IMG/VR virus record: IMGVR_UViG_3300042402_002641
Span: 1-64,000 of that record
DNA: 64,000 nucleotides
Reading direction: 5' to 3' (one strand)
Of this stretch, positions 9,351 through 19,071 are shown one piece after another; within the stretch, counting starts at the first letter, position 1, and every line of letters starts with the position of its first letter. Below the pieces are notes generated by a model, which saw only the letters and a list, made by a program, of their open reading frames with translations, did no database searches and was not told the origin of the DNA. The translations under genes and the position numbers were made by a program.

Positions 9351-10445
9351 TTACGGTACCTTAACCTGCATACCATTTTGAGCACCACCATTAAGCCCTA
9401 TTTTTTGTATGATCATCGTTTGTGCGAATTGTTCAGCAGTTTCGATATAGATAGTGGTTCCAGAACCTGTATTTATGAACAGTATGCCCTTGAATTCGTC
9501 ATGTTTTTTGTAGTAATCAAATGCGTATCTTTTTTGTGCGGCAATAAATGAATCGAATAAAACCATACCTTTATTATTAACAGGTGCTACTAACTGTTGA
9601 AGTTCTGCAGGAGTAGCATCAAGATAGATTGAATTAATAATGCCACTTAGAGAAGTTCTAATAAATTTCACTACCCCGGCGGCCGGTGCGCCTGCAGCGA
9701 TTAACGATGGTCCGAAATTGGTCCAAAAATCTGAAGTTTTTCCTACATTTACATTCGATGGTGCATTTATTGCTGTTTTCAATTTAAGTTTCTTAGGAAG
9801 TGCTGCTGCTGAAGTTTTTACCGCGGTTAGAGTAGAGGAACTGTTTCCATATCCTCTCACTCCCTTTATCCTTCCGCCATTGCCCTTCACCTCGATTAAT
9901 TTTCCATTTATTACTAAATCACCTGCATCTTTGCTTAACATAATATTAGGACTACAGATAGCCAAAAACATTTCGCCTGGACCTTTTTGTGTTTTTGTTT
10001 TACCTGTTTTAAATAGTCCTTGAATGGCAATCAGCTCTGGAGCAACTTGTTTATACACATTAGGAAATTGTGTTTGAATTATAGATTCGAGATTTAGTGA
10101 AACACCCGGGGATAACAATTTTTTAATATTGATAATTCCTTTTGTTGCCAGTTCCATAGCAAACCCTTCTTTTTCTTCGTAGGGTGCTTTGGCATCAATT
10201 ATTGCTCTGGATACAACCGTATGAACTTGTCGCAGATCTTCATCTTTTTGTAGAATGGTGTCTACACCACCACCAATATCAATTTTACGGACATAAGAAT
10301 AAATCTGATGTAGTTCGTCTATATCAGTTACTACATCAATTTTATTAATGATTGCTTGTTTAACATTTGTTAATGCACTAGAATCTCCAGCATTACTCGC
10401 CGATTTCGCACTAATTTTTTCTGCTATAAATTCATATTTTCTCAT
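9351..10445 (-). CDS. PD-(D/E)XK restriction-endonuclease-like protein
   Basis: GPGE..GDLVINGKLIEVKG motif; start MRKYEFIAE behind TAAATA. Confidence 0.6.
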   Translation of the reverse strand: MRKYEFIAEKISAKSASNAGDSSALTNVKQAIINKIDVVTDIDELHQIYSYVRKIDIGGGVDTILQKDEDLRQVHTVVSRAIIDAKAPYEEKEGFAMELATKGIINIKKLLSPGVSLNLESIIQTQFPNVYKQVAPELIAIQGLFKTGKTKTQKGPGEMFLAICSPNIMLSKDAGDLVINGKLIEVKGNGGRIKGVRGYGNSSSTLTAVKTSAAALPKKLKLKTAINAPSNVNVGKTSDFWTNFGPSLIAAGAPAAGVVKFIRTSLSGIINSIYLDATPAELQQLVAPVNNKGMVLFDSFIAAQKRYAFDYYKKHDEFKGILFINTGSGTTIYIETAEQFAQTMIIQKIGLNGGAQNGMQVKVP

Positions 10446-10453
10446 ACAATTAT

Positions 10454-11137
10454 TTAGCGGATTTCTGGAAACAGGCATTCCTGGATAAAATGCTGAACAT
10501 CATCCTCACTTAACCCTAAACTTACCATCACCCGTGGTGTATGCGGGTTACATTTTTGATTTTGTGCGTAGTAGTTCTGTGCTTCTGTGGTATTTTCAGC
10601 GGTATTATTAGTTTCCGCTACTGTGCTTAGATAGTGTTCTATGGTAGTTCGAGCTAGATCTGTGATCTGTTCTAATTCTTCTTCATCACTGACATTGCCC
10701 GCAGCTACCATGCTGCCACTGAATATATTAGTAGCCCATTCAGGTAATGCACGTTGTTTGCGCCATTCCAGTTTGGCCACTTCATCTGCAAACCATTGCA
10801 TCATAGGATGGTCAGCATCGCCTGCTTTTGAGTAATCGTGGAAACAGCCTGTGATCTTATTCTTGCCGGCAATAACATCAAAGCCGTAAATTGGAGCAGG
10901 ATTGTGCGTATGCGGGAAGATACAACAGTGCATCATCCACAAGCCTTTAGTTTCTCTAGCGTCTACTACATCAACGTGAGCACGACGATACCGATCACTA
11001 GTCCACACACGATTAACCCAGCCAGGCTGATTAAATCTTTCCATTCCAGGCTCATCAATCTCTTGACCCGTACGGCTGAAGTTATCTTCCAGTAGATGTT
11101 GGATCTCAATTAGTGTGTCCCAAACCTTACTCTCCAC
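10454..11137 (-). CDS. pcyX: ferredoxin-dependent bilin reductase, PcyX-type (PcyA family)
   Basis: RRAHVD..WMMHCCIFP..PIYGFD..NPHT; Asp56 at the PcyA Glu76 position, His70 and Asp87 retained; downstream of heme oxygenase. Confidence 0.85.
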   Translation of the reverse strand: MESKVWDTLIEIQHLLEDNFSRTGQEIDEPGMERFNQPGWVNRVWTSDRYRRAHVDVVDARETKGLWMMHCCIFPHTHNPAPIYGFDVIAGKNKITGCFHDYSKAGDADHPMMQWFADEVAKLEWRKQRALPEWATNIFSGSMVAAGNVSDEEELEQITDLARTTIEHYLSTVAETNNTAENTTEAQNYYAQNQKCNPHTPRVMVSLGLSEDDVQHFIQECLFPEIR

Positions 11138-11672
11138 GATATAGGTCCCGCATCATCTTAATAGCATATTCAAATGCTAAACGAGCTTCGTCTCCTAAAT
11201 CGTCAGTGAGCAATTCTCTGATAGCCATCTTCATAGAATCTGCGTTTTCGAACTCGTAGAACTTGCCGCTTGAAATATGTGCTACCTGTTTCTTAATGAT
11301 TTGACCACCGAACAAGTCGCCCATATGACGGCAGTATAAATGCGCCTTAATAAGATGTTTGCGTTCTTGATCATTGCCTAACCTGTGTAAGTATGCTTGG
11401 TATTCTAGTGTAGCAGGAGTTAGATAGTAGTATTCACATTCATCTAATTCTGTGAAGTCTGCATAGATGGCCTTAAGTCTTGGTAGATCATGCATGTTAG
11501 CAAAAAATCCTTGACGCTTGCTATACCATTCAATTGGATCATATATGGCCAAAAGATTATAGAGATAGTTTCTGTAGTCTTGTTTTTCAATCTTGCCGCT
11601 GAGTAATATCTTGGCAAACTTTGTTGTTTCTGCTTCGTGATGCAGATCTTTGGTAATTTCTCTCAGGCTCAT
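11127..11672 (-). CDS. hemO: heme oxygenase
   Basis: LREITKDLHHEAE proximal His; AHLYCRHMGDLFGGQII distal helix. Confidence 0.92.
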   Translation of the reverse strand: MSLREITKDLHHEAETTKFAKILLSGKIEKQDYRNYLYNLLAIYDPIEWYSKRQGFFANMHDLPRLKAIYADFTELDECEYYYLTPATLEYQAYLHRLGNDQERKHLIKAHLYCRHMGDLFGGQIIKKQVAHISSGKFYEFENADSMKMAIRELLTDDLGDEARLAFEYAIKMMRDLYRGE

Positions 11673-11968
11673 TCCTGCTCCACTGAGATTCGCAATGGCG
11701 AACCATTCTGTCTTGCTATTGTTGTGGCTTCGATGCCTTTTTGCTCTGCTATCTCAAAAGGATATATGCCTACTATAGAACTACCGGTTTCGTGTATCTC
11801 TAGAGTGATTTCTTTGGCTTTGGATTCTGTGTGTTTAAAAATACCTGTGAGTAGTTCTATGACTAGTTCCATAGGAGTTTTATCGTCATTGAGAAATATC
11901 ACCTTCCACAACCTCGGGGGAGCTAACTGAACTGTGGTTTTTTCTTTGACTTCAATTTCTGTAGACAT
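11669..11968 (-). CDS. clpS: Clp protease adaptor ClpS
   Basis: WKVIFLNDDKTPMELV..IHETG..YPFEIAEQK. Confidence 0.93.
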   Translation of the reverse strand: MSTEIEVKEKTTVQLAPPRLWKVIFLNDDKTPMELVIELLTGIFKHTESKAKEITLEIHETGSSIVGIYPFEIAEQKGIEATTIARQNGSPLRISVEQE

Positions 11969-11999
11969 TTACGATCCTGGGTTTATTGATGTATTTAAC

Positions 12000-12020
12000 A
12001 AGAGAGGTTTCCCTCTCTTG
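12000..12020 (-). terminator. hairpin after hsp20
   Basis: aagagagg-tttc-cctctctt inverted repeat. Confidence 0.55.
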
Positions 12021-12027
12021 TAGTATA

Positions 12028-12462
12028 CTACTTTACATCAACAATGTCAATGACCTTAGGCTTGGCTGATTCTGGAATGTTACGAATCAACTTCACGGTT
12101 AGCATGCCATTCTTGGTTTCCGCACCTACCACCTCGATGTGTTCTGCCAGAGGAAATTCTTTGACAAAATCACGAGTTGCGAGACCGCGATGCATGTACT
12201 GATCTGCTGCATAGTCTGTTGTTTGGCTTTCCCCTTTAACAACAAGAACGTTGCTTTCAACTGTTACTGAAATCTCGGTCTTATCAAAACCAGTCACAGC
12301 TAGTTGAATCGCATATTCGTTTTCGTCTAATTTTATTATATTATGTGGAGGATAGTTATTTGATACACTGTTGGCAAATCTGCGTTCCATTTGATCAAAC
12401 ATCGTGTCAAATCCCACAAGTGCTCTGTTTAGAGCATCTATTCTAGCTAATTGATTGTTCAT
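12028..12462 (-). CDS. small heat shock protein Hsp20 (IbpA-like)
   Basis: NYPPHNI..LAVTGF..HRGLATRDF..NGMLTVKL. Confidence 0.95.
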   Translation of the reverse strand: MNNQLARIDALNRALVGFDTMFDQMERRFANSVSNNYPPHNIIKLDENEYAIQLAVTGFDKTEISVTVESNVLVVKGESQTTDYAADQYMHRGLATRDFVKEFPLAEHIEVVGAETKNGMLTVKLIRNIPESAKPKVIDIVDVK

Positions 12463-12466
12463 AGTA

Positions 12467-12487
12467 GTCTCCTTTTAAAGTAAGAAC
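12467..12487 (-). promoter_or_regulatory. ROSE-like SD-sequestering hairpin (hsp20)
   Basis: GUUCUUACUUUAAAAGGAGAC; UCUU-A-CU pairs with AG-GAGA. Confidence 0.55.
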
Positions 12488-12519
12488 AATAAGGGCCTCG
12501 AAAGTACCCTTGTTTATGA

Positions 12520-14424
12520 TTAGTCTGCTTTCTTCTCTGTGAAGGTAGCATCAACTACATCATCTTGGTCGGGCATAGGTCCTGCTTCAGCTTGTGCTGT
12601 TGCCTGATCTTTAGCCTGCTTTTTTTCCAGCAATGTTTTCATTGCCGGGAAAACTTTATTAAGCTCTTCGGTGATCTTTTCAGTGTCATCGCCTTTGGCT
12701 GCTGTTTCAACTGCAGTGATCACTGTTTCAATTTCTGTGATTTCTGCTTCTGTGAGCTCTGCACGGAATTCTTCAAGATCTTTTTTAACTTCATGTACCT
12801 GCGCCTCTGCTGAATTTCTTGCATCAATCAATTCACGTGCTTTTTTATCTGCTTCTGCATTTAATTCGGCATCTTTGATCATGTCTTGAATTTCAGCTTC
12901 TGTTAGTCCGCTGTTAGATTTAATAGTGATCTTGTTTTCTTTGCCTGTGGCTTTGTCTTTGGCAGAGATATGCATGATACCGTTGGCATCAATGTCAAAG
13001 GTAACTTCAACCTGTGGCTGTCCTCTACGTGCAGGTGCAATGCCGTCAAGTTTGAATTCGCCCAATAGCTTGTTATATTGCACAAGCTCACGTTCCCCTT
13101 GGAATACTTTGATATCTACTGCGGGTTGATTGTCTTCTGCTGTGGAGAATGTCTGCTGTCCCTTGGTTGGGATAGTTGTATTCTTTTGAATGATCTTTGA
13201 CATCACGCCACCCATGGTTTCAATGCCCAAGGAGAGTGGAGTGACGTCTAACAACAGCACGTCATTACGATCGCCACCTAGCACAGCACCTTGAATAGCA
13301 GCACCAACTGCAACGGCTTCGTCTGGGTTGACATCTTTACGTGGTGCTTTACCAAACAGTTTTTCAACTTCTTCTTGCACCTTAGGCATGCGTGTTTGAC
13401 CACCAACAAGGATAACCTCGTCGATATCTGAGGCACTTACGCCTGCATCTTTGAGAGCAATACGGCATGGCTCTAATGAGCGTGTAATCAGTTCGGCAAC
13501 TAGTTGTTCTAGTTTGCTACGACTTAATTTTATCGCCAGATGTTTTGGACCGCTGGCATCTGCTGTGACATACGGAAGATTGACGTCTGTCTGAGCTGAG
13601 CTTGATAATTCAATCTTGGCTTTTTCAGCAGCATCTTTCAAACGTTGCAGAGCCAACATGTCTTTGCTGAGATCCACTCCTTGATCTTTCTTGAACTCAT
13701 CTACCAAGAAATCCATGATGCGTTGGTCAAAGTCTTCACCACCCAAGAATGTGTCACCGTTGGTGCTTAGTACTTCGATCTGCTTGTCGCCGTCAACGTT
13801 GGCTATCTCGATGATCGAAACATCGAATGTACCGCCACCAAGGTCGTAAACAGCAATTTTCCTATCTTTCTTATCAGCTTTATCAACACCATAAGCAAGA
13901 GCTGCCGCAGTAGGCTCGTTAATAATACGGAGTACCTCCAAGCCTGCGATCTGTCCAGCATCCTTAGTAGCTTGTCTTTGGCTGTCGTTAAAGTACGCAG
14001 GCACTGTAATAACTGCTTGTGTAACTGTTGTACCAAGATAATCCTCCGCGGTCTGTTTCATTTTGCGCAGAACTTCTGCTGAAATCTGCGGTGGTGCTAA
14101 TTCTTTACCCTGTGCTCTAACCCACGCATCACCATTAGAATTTTCATAGATCTCGTAGGGCATTAGATCGAGATCTTTTTGCACTGCCTGTTCTTTGAAC
14201 TTGCGACCAATCAATCGCTTGCTGGCATAGATTGTGTTTTTGGGATTTGTTACTGCCTGACGCTTGGCTGAAGCGCCAACGATGATTTCATCTTGTGTGT
14301 AGGCCACGATTGAGGGTGTAGTTCTTGCACCTTCTGAATTTTCAATAACTTTGGATTTTCCATTCTCGATAACAGCCACGCATGAGTTGGTGGTGCCGAG
14401 GTCAATACCGATGATCTTAGACAT
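12520..14424 (-). CDS. dnaK: chaperone DnaK (Hsp70)
   Basis: [27 protein letters not shown]; full length 634 aa. Confidence 0.98.
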   Translation of the reverse strand: MSKIIGIDLGTTNSCVAVIENGKSKVIENSEGARTTPSIVAYTQDEIIVGASAKRQAVTNPKNTIYASKRLIGRKFKEQAVQKDLDLMPYEIYENSNGDAWVRAQGKELAPPQISAEVLRKMKQTAEDYLGTTVTQAVITVPAYFNDSQRQATKDAGQIAGLEVLRIINEPTAAALAYGVDKADKKDRKIAVYDLGGGTFDVSIIEIANVDGDKQIEVLSTNGDTFLGGEDFDQRIMDFLVDEFKKDQGVDLSKDMLALQRLKDAAEKAKIELSSSAQTDVNLPYVTADASGPKHLAIKLSRSKLEQLVAELITRSLEPCRIALKDAGVSASDIDEVILVGGQTRMPKVQEEVEKLFGKAPRKDVNPDEAVAVGAAIQGAVLGGDRNDVLLLDVTPLSLGIETMGGVMSKIIQKNTTIPTKGQQTFSTAEDNQPAVDIKVFQGERELVQYNKLLGEFKLDGIAPARRGQPQVEVTFDIDANGIMHISAKDKATGKENKITIKSNSGLTEAEIQDMIKDAELNAEADKKARELIDARNSAEAQVHEVKKDLEEFRAELTEAEITEIETVITAVETAAKGDDTEKITEELNKVFPAMKTLLEKKQAKDQATAQAEAGPMPDQDDVVDATFTEKKAD

Positions 14425-14429
14425 GTTCT

Positions 14430-14448
14430 ATCTCCTTTAAAGTAAGAT
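14430..14448 (-). promoter_or_regulatory. ROSE-like SD-sequestering hairpin (dnaK)
   Basis: AUCUUACUUUAAAGGAGAU, near-identical to the hsp20 element. Confidence 0.55.
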
Positions 14449-14509
14449 CTATTTGAGCACTATGCTCTACAAATCGCCCTTGACGGTGCAGTTTGCAATT
14501 TTATTTATA

Positions 14510-14794
14510 TCAGATATTCTCTAGATTCTGAATATTTGACCATTTTTTCAATTTTTCAATTTTTGCTGCCTGTGCTTGCTCTATGTTAGTGTAACTAACA
14601 ATATCCATGCTCTGCAAGATATCAATCATAGCTAGCATATCGCCCAGCTCTTCTTCCAAGTGTTGCCTGTTAGTTTTAGGTTTACCTGGCTTGAAATTAT
14701 CCAAACCGAAGCGGCTGATTTTGCTTACTGCTTGAATTACTTCTGCACATTCTTCTTGTAGAATGTCCATTACTTCTTTTGTCTGACTGTCCAT
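14510..14794 (-). CDS. MazG-like NTP pyrophosphohydrolase
   Basis: LQEECAEVIQA..LEEELGD acidic motifs. Confidence 0.8.
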   Translation of the reverse strand: MDSQTKEVMDILQEECAEVIQAVSKISRFGLDNFKPGKPKTNRQHLEEELGDMLAMIDILQSMDIVSYTNIEQAQAAKIEKLKKWSNIQNLENI

Positions 14795-14797
14795 ATA

Positions 14798-15379
14798 TTA
14801 CCTTTGATTTGCAAATGGTGCAATATAATTACCGTTGCTCATTGTACTGGTACGCAGAGCTTTATAGACATTTTGTACACCCACTGCCTGATTCCATGCA
14901 TCTTCCAGTGCATGATGTTTTAGCACAGGAGGACGATTGGGATTGATACCTACATCAAAGATTGTGCGAGTATCTCGAACTTCCCAGAACTGCCAAGGAA
15001 TAGCTTTACCAATTTTACGGAAATACCATTCTAGAATAGTAACGTCAAAGCCAGCACCGTGACTCCATACACGCTTGGCTCCCCAACAGAATTTATATAG
15101 TTGGTCAAGAGCAATATGTACGTTAATCCTATCATCAGGATTAAACGCTTCTTCTTGTGCTTCTTTGCTTTGATTGGCCCACCAATCCAGTGTGCTTTGA
15201 CTAACTGTTGCTCCTATACTATCGCAACTGTCAATGTCTACACGGGTGTAGAATTTAATAGCAGAAGATTCATTAATTTCATCACCAAAGGGATCAAATT
15301 TAACTGCTCCGATTGATAAAATAGTTGCTGAGGGGAGTACGTCAAGCGTCTCTAAATCGATCATAATATCTGTGTTCAT
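14798..15379 (-). CDS. DEDD 3'-5' exo(ribo)nuclease
   Basis: IMIDLETL, FD, RDTRT, HHALEDA. Confidence 0.88.
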   Translation of the reverse strand: MNTDIMIDLETLDVLPSATILSIGAVKFDPFGDEINESSAIKFYTRVDIDSCDSIGATVSQSTLDWWANQSKEAQEEAFNPDDRINVHIALDQLYKFCWGAKRVWSHGAGFDVTILEWYFRKIGKAIPWQFWEVRDTRTIFDVGINPNRPPVLKHHALEDAWNQAVGVQNVYKALRTSTMSNGNYIAPFANQR

Positions 15380-15385
15380 ACAGTT

Positions 15386-15414
15386 ATTATACTACCTTTC
15401 TGACTCTAGGTCAA
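15386..15414 (-). promoter_or_regulatory. sigma70 promoter, leaderless geometry
   Basis: TTGACC-N17-TATAAT, 6 nt before ATG at 15379. Confidence 0.8.
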
Positions 15415-15417
15415 TGA

Positions 15418-15657
15418 TTAATAAAGTTTTGGTGGTAATTGTTGATCGCGGAGTTTTTTACGCCAACGTGCTTTGGCAGCACCTTTTTTGCGTTTGCGTT
15501 CAGTGGTTGGTTTTTCGTAAAATTCTTTCGTGCGTAGTGTATCCAGCATGCCAGATTCATCTACTTTCTTTTTGAATCTACGCAGAGCTTGATTTATGTT
15601 CTCATTTTCTTTGACAGTAACACTGTTGCCTTTGAGTGTATTGTAGATTTTAGCCAT
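15418..15657 (-). CDS. rpsU: ribosomal protein bS21
   Basis: VKENENINQALRRFKKKV..EFYEKPTTERKRKK; start at MAKIY. Confidence 0.93.
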   Translation of the reverse strand: MAKIYNTLKGNSVTVKENENINQALRRFKKKVDESGMLDTLRTKEFYEKPTTERKRKKGAAKARWRKKLRDQQLPPKLY

Positions 15658-16039
15658 GTGGTTTCGAAGTCTTCTCCAGTAGTTTTGAAATGTCATCACT
15701 ATTATATAGCACACGATCATTAACGATGTTTAAATCACGAAGATCGCCAAAATAATACGATCTCGGATCAGCACTTAGCCAACCAATTAACATTGAGGAT
15801 TCTATATCACACTCAGCATTAAACAGTATTAAATCTGTCTTTGTAATCTTATCAAACAACCACAGTTTAGAATCTCCCTGATTCCACACGTAGTTGATTA
15901 TGATATGTGGCAGTGTGCTCTGCATTAATGCCTGTGAAATTATCTGAGATTGTGGCTGAGAGAGATTAATGTGTGCAATTCTGATACCACTCTGCAGTAT
16001 GTCATCTGGAGCAGTTACTACCAGTATCTTATCTGTCAT
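15650..16039 (-). CDS. hypothetical protein
   Basis: Overlaps both neighbours in the operon. Confidence 0.7.
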   Translation of the reverse strand: MTDKILVVTAPDDILQSGIRIAHINLSQPQSQIISQALMQSTLPHIIINYVWNQGDSKLWLFDKITKTDLILFNAECDIESSMLIGWLSADPRSYYFGDLRDLNIVNDRVLYNSDDISKLLEKTSKPHG

Positions 16040-17520
16040 TTTTTAATTTCTTGTATTCTCTGCCAAAGAGTGCGCTCATTCTGTTCAGCGTTTTGTGTGT
16101 AGGTTTCTTTGATTTTTTTTATCTGATTGCCTTGTTCGTCGTGTTCCATCCAGCTTACAGACGTATCTGGATCAGCCTTTTCTTCAGCCCATTCTTTGGC
16201 CTTGGCCGATTCTTCGATATCTGGATTTTCTTCTGCCCATTTCTTGGCCTCTGAGACCGCGTCTTGAAAATCTGCCCGAGGTTTGAGATAGTCCTCCCAC
16301 GGCAGGTGATCAATTACTCCTTTTTCTAGAAGGCGTCTTTGTAATTTAAGACTCATGTCAGGATGATCATGTTTCCAGGCAGTCATGGCCTGCTTTTCAT
16401 TCTGAGGAGCAGATTCTAATAATTCTTGATCTTCAAGTTCACGTTCTTGATTCACAGCTTTTTCAGCTTCGGCAATCAGGGTGTTCCATTCTTCCAGCCT
16501 AGATTCCATACCAGCATCATCATCTTTCACCGCGATATCATGAGGAGCTTCTTGTGCCTTGTCTTGATATTTTGTGTTTTCAAACAGATCCATTTGGTCA
16601 GACCCAGCTTTGACTGGGAACGGCCAATATGGACTAGCCATTAGATGTGGGGGATCTATTCTTTCTGTCTCTTCAGTTGTGACAGTAGGTGTATCAACGG
16701 ACACACTGCTTATAGGGCTGTCACCCTCCGTGATTTCTTCCTGTTTGCGGAACCACTGGAATGAATATTGGCTAGCCAATAACAAAATAACAGCCAGTGG
16801 ATCAAACACCACGACAATGATAATGATCACCCAGGTAACTGCTTTTTCTAATACGTTGGCATCTGGATTATCGCCGTAGATGAAATTAGCGATATATTTG
16901 ATTGGACCTACTTCTGCTTCAACTTTACGTACCTCAGCGGCAATAGGCGCCCTTTCTTCAGATAATTGACTAATAATTTTCTGTTCGGCAGTGATCTCAG
17001 ATTGGAGACGAGTACGTTCTTTTTGTTGTCCTCTCCGAATTGCCACTGCTTTGTCAGCACCCTTTTCATCTTGGCTTCGGCCCATGACTTGGTCCACAGC
17101 CTCATCCATCTGTTTAAGCGCCTTACGGTTCGCATCTATATTATCCTTGGCTGTTCGAATTTTTTCATCGTAGATCGCGATCCTGCTCTGTACATCACCT
17201 GATACTAGACTTTGATCACTGTGTGCTTTTGATAGGAACCCAAAGATGCCCATGCTAGTGATCAACATCAGAATGGCAATGGCAGCTAACAGATAGGCTC
17301 GAATAAAATATGGTGCTCGAAACCAGTTTTGTTTGAGCCACACGGTGCCAGCCAGTTTGCTGATTTCTAGGGCCACACCCATCACGATAATAGGAATAAC
17401 TGCCGCCGAGAATATGGCCATTAGTCCTGCCACACTATACCAAATAGCCACTGCGGATACAGTTAATCCGCTGAGTAAGGCCGACCAGGCAATGAATTTG
17501 TCGCTTGTATGAATTCTCAT
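16036..17520 (-). CDS. multi-TM coiled-coil phage membrane protein
   Basis: 3 N-terminal TMs, GIFGFLSKAH, coiled coil, FDPLAV TM, acidic tail. Confidence 0.75.
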   Translation of the reverse strand: MRIHTSDKFIAWSALLSGLTVSAVAIWYSVAGLMAIFSAAVIPIIVMGVALEISKLAGTVWLKQNWFRAPYFIRAYLLAAIAILMLITSMGIFGFLSKAHSDQSLVSGDVQSRIAIYDEKIRTAKDNIDANRKALKQMDEAVDQVMGRSQDEKGADKAVAIRRGQQKERTRLQSEITAEQKIISQLSEERAPIAAEVRKVEAEVGPIKYIANFIYGDNPDANVLEKAVTWVIIIIVVVFDPLAVILLLASQYSFQWFRKQEEITEGDSPISSVSVDTPTVTTEETERIDPPHLMASPYWPFPVKAGSDQMDLFENTKYQDKAQEAPHDIAVKDDDAGMESRLEEWNTLIAEAEKAVNQERELEDQELLESAPQNEKQAMTAWKHDHPDMSLKLQRRLLEKGVIDHLPWEDYLKPRADFQDAVSEAKKWAEENPDIEESAKAKEWAEEKADPDTSVSWMEHDEQGNQIKKIKETYTQNAEQNERTLWQRIQEIKK

Positions 17521-17530
17521 GAACTAATAT

Positions 17531-17923
17531 TTAGTTGGACCACGTCCACCGATTATCTACGTCGTTAAAACACGCAGTAGCTCTCATGGTTTTTTCTACA
17601 TTGTAGGCAATGGCCTGTACGTGCAATCTACGACAGTAGCCTGCACCGCTGGGCCATGTAGCAGATGTCATAGCCATACCGCTGGCATCTTTCTTGTACC
17701 AACGCACTACTTCACCATTGTCTGCGTACATCACTGCATGATGTATGGCCTGATTATAAGCGGTCTTTTGTTCATCATCCAGAGTCTTGAACCAACCAAA
17801 AGTAAGGTCTGCCAATCTATTAGACCAAGCGGCAGAACTGTAGTTAAAGAATCTGGGATTCTCTAGATCATTGGCCAGTACCGAACTACTGGCCGTGAGT
17901 ATCAACAATTTCCCAACTACCAT
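17531..17923 (-). CDS. 17-kDa surface-antigen-like secreted protein
   Basis: Signal peptide; NGEVVRWY..YCRR..ATAC..W motif; start uncertain. Confidence 0.7.
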   Translation of the reverse strand: MVVGKLLILTASSSVLANDLENPRFFNYSSAAWSNRLADLTFGWFKTLDDEQKTAYNQAIHHAVMYADNGEVVRWYKKDASGMAMTSATWPSGAGYCRRLHVQAIAYNVEKTMRATACFNDVDNRWTWSN

Positions 17924-18212
17924 CAGGCAGCTGGCAACTGAGCGCACGGTATTGAACATCGGTTCCACCTTTCTTCATCCATCCATTAAAGTATCCACAG
18001 TTAGAACCTATTCCAACTCTGGCCACTGTGAGTCGCTTGACTTGATCGTCTGAGCATTCCACAGTGGTACGGCTGTTAACTCTCTCACCATTTTCTGTAA
18101 CAATGGTTTGATTGGTATAGCAGTACTGCGGCTTGTTGGCTGAAACCTTTGGTGAAGAACTACAGCCAACCAACGATACCGCAAGGATCGTTAGAGCTAG
18201 AATTTTCATCAC
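17886..18212 (-). CDS. lipoprotein
   Basis: Lipobox LVGC; ends CQLPDGSWEIV. Confidence 0.75.
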   Translation of the reverse strand: MMKILALTILAVSLVGCSSSPKVSANKPQYCYTNQTIVTENGERVNSRTTVECSDDQVKRLTVARVGIGSNCGYFNGWMKKGGTDVQYRALSCQLPDGSWEIVDTHGQ

Positions 18213-18688
18213 TGTGCCTTGGCTTGTTTAGCTTCAGCGATCAACTGATCGAACACAGGCTTTGGCATTTCAAGACGCACAAAGGTATAGTGACGACCTT
18301 GCATGGTAAAATGTGCAGTCTCAGTTTTCAAATGTTCGCGAATAGTAGTGCTCTTGACCACATACGAGATAGAAGTTTTTGTGTTCTTCTTATCATTGAC
18401 AAAATCAATCTTGGTTTCGCTGTTGACTTCTGAATTGATGCGTTTTGCAAAATTATTCATTGCAATAGCATACATCTGTTCTTCTGCGGCCTGTGCATGA
18501 ATGCTTTCGCCCCCACCACAGGCGTAGGCAAACTCTTTCTTCCACCAAAACCAACCCTTAACACCTGCTTGCTGGCATTCTTGATACCAGTCTGGCTGTG
18601 CATAAGTTTTACGATCGTCAATACTCTTCATTGACGAACAACCAGAAATGGCTGCTGCCATCAAACCAACTGCTAGTGCCTTTTTCAT
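18209..18688 (-). CDS. lipoprotein (LPP20-like)
   Basis: Lipobox ISGC; PDWY motif. Confidence 0.7.
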   Translation of the reverse strand: MKKALAVGLMAAAISGCSSMKSIDDRKTYAQPDWYQECQQAGVKGWFWWKKEFAYACGGGESIHAQAAEEQMYAIAMNNFAKRINSEVNSETKIDFVNDKKNTKTSISYVVKSTTIREHLKTETAHFTMQGRHYTFVRLEMPKPVFDQLIAEAKQAKAQ

Positions 18689-18722
18689 AAAAACCTTTCT
18701 GTGTGTGAATTAATACAGTACA

Positions 18723-18751
18723 AGTATAGCACCGTGGCCGATCAAAGTCAA
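18723..18751 (-). promoter_or_regulatory. sigma70 promoter of the lipoprotein operon
   Basis: TTGACT-N17-TATACT. Confidence 0.75.
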
Positions 18752-18768
18752 CCACGGTGTTTACCAAA

Positions 18769-19071
18769 TTACTTGAAGAAGATCAATGCCATTAACACTG
18801 CTTGAATAATGAATCCAAACCCAATTGTGACGATGTTTAACATGTCTTTCTGGATAGTGGCTTTGACAAACAACAAGGTTAATCCTGTCCAAACCAACAG
18901 CACCAAATCTACACCCGGTAATCTGTCTGTTAGTCCTGCCATCACTGCCAGTAGACTGGGTATTGTTGATGCATGCAATACTATTACTGCTAACCATCCA
19001 AATGTTTCTGCCGAAATCACAGAAATTTTAGTTTGGATAAATTCTTTCAGTTGATTGATATTTGTCATCAT
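18769..19071 (-). CDS. small membrane protein (3 TM)
   Basis: Hydrophobic; coupled to the hydrolase by ATGA overlap. Confidence 0.7.
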   Translation of the reverse strand: MMTNINQLKEFIQTKISVISAETFGWLAVIVLHASTIPSLLAVMAGLTDRLPGVDLVLLVWTGLTLLFVKATIQKDMLNIVTIGFGFIIQAVLMALIFFK

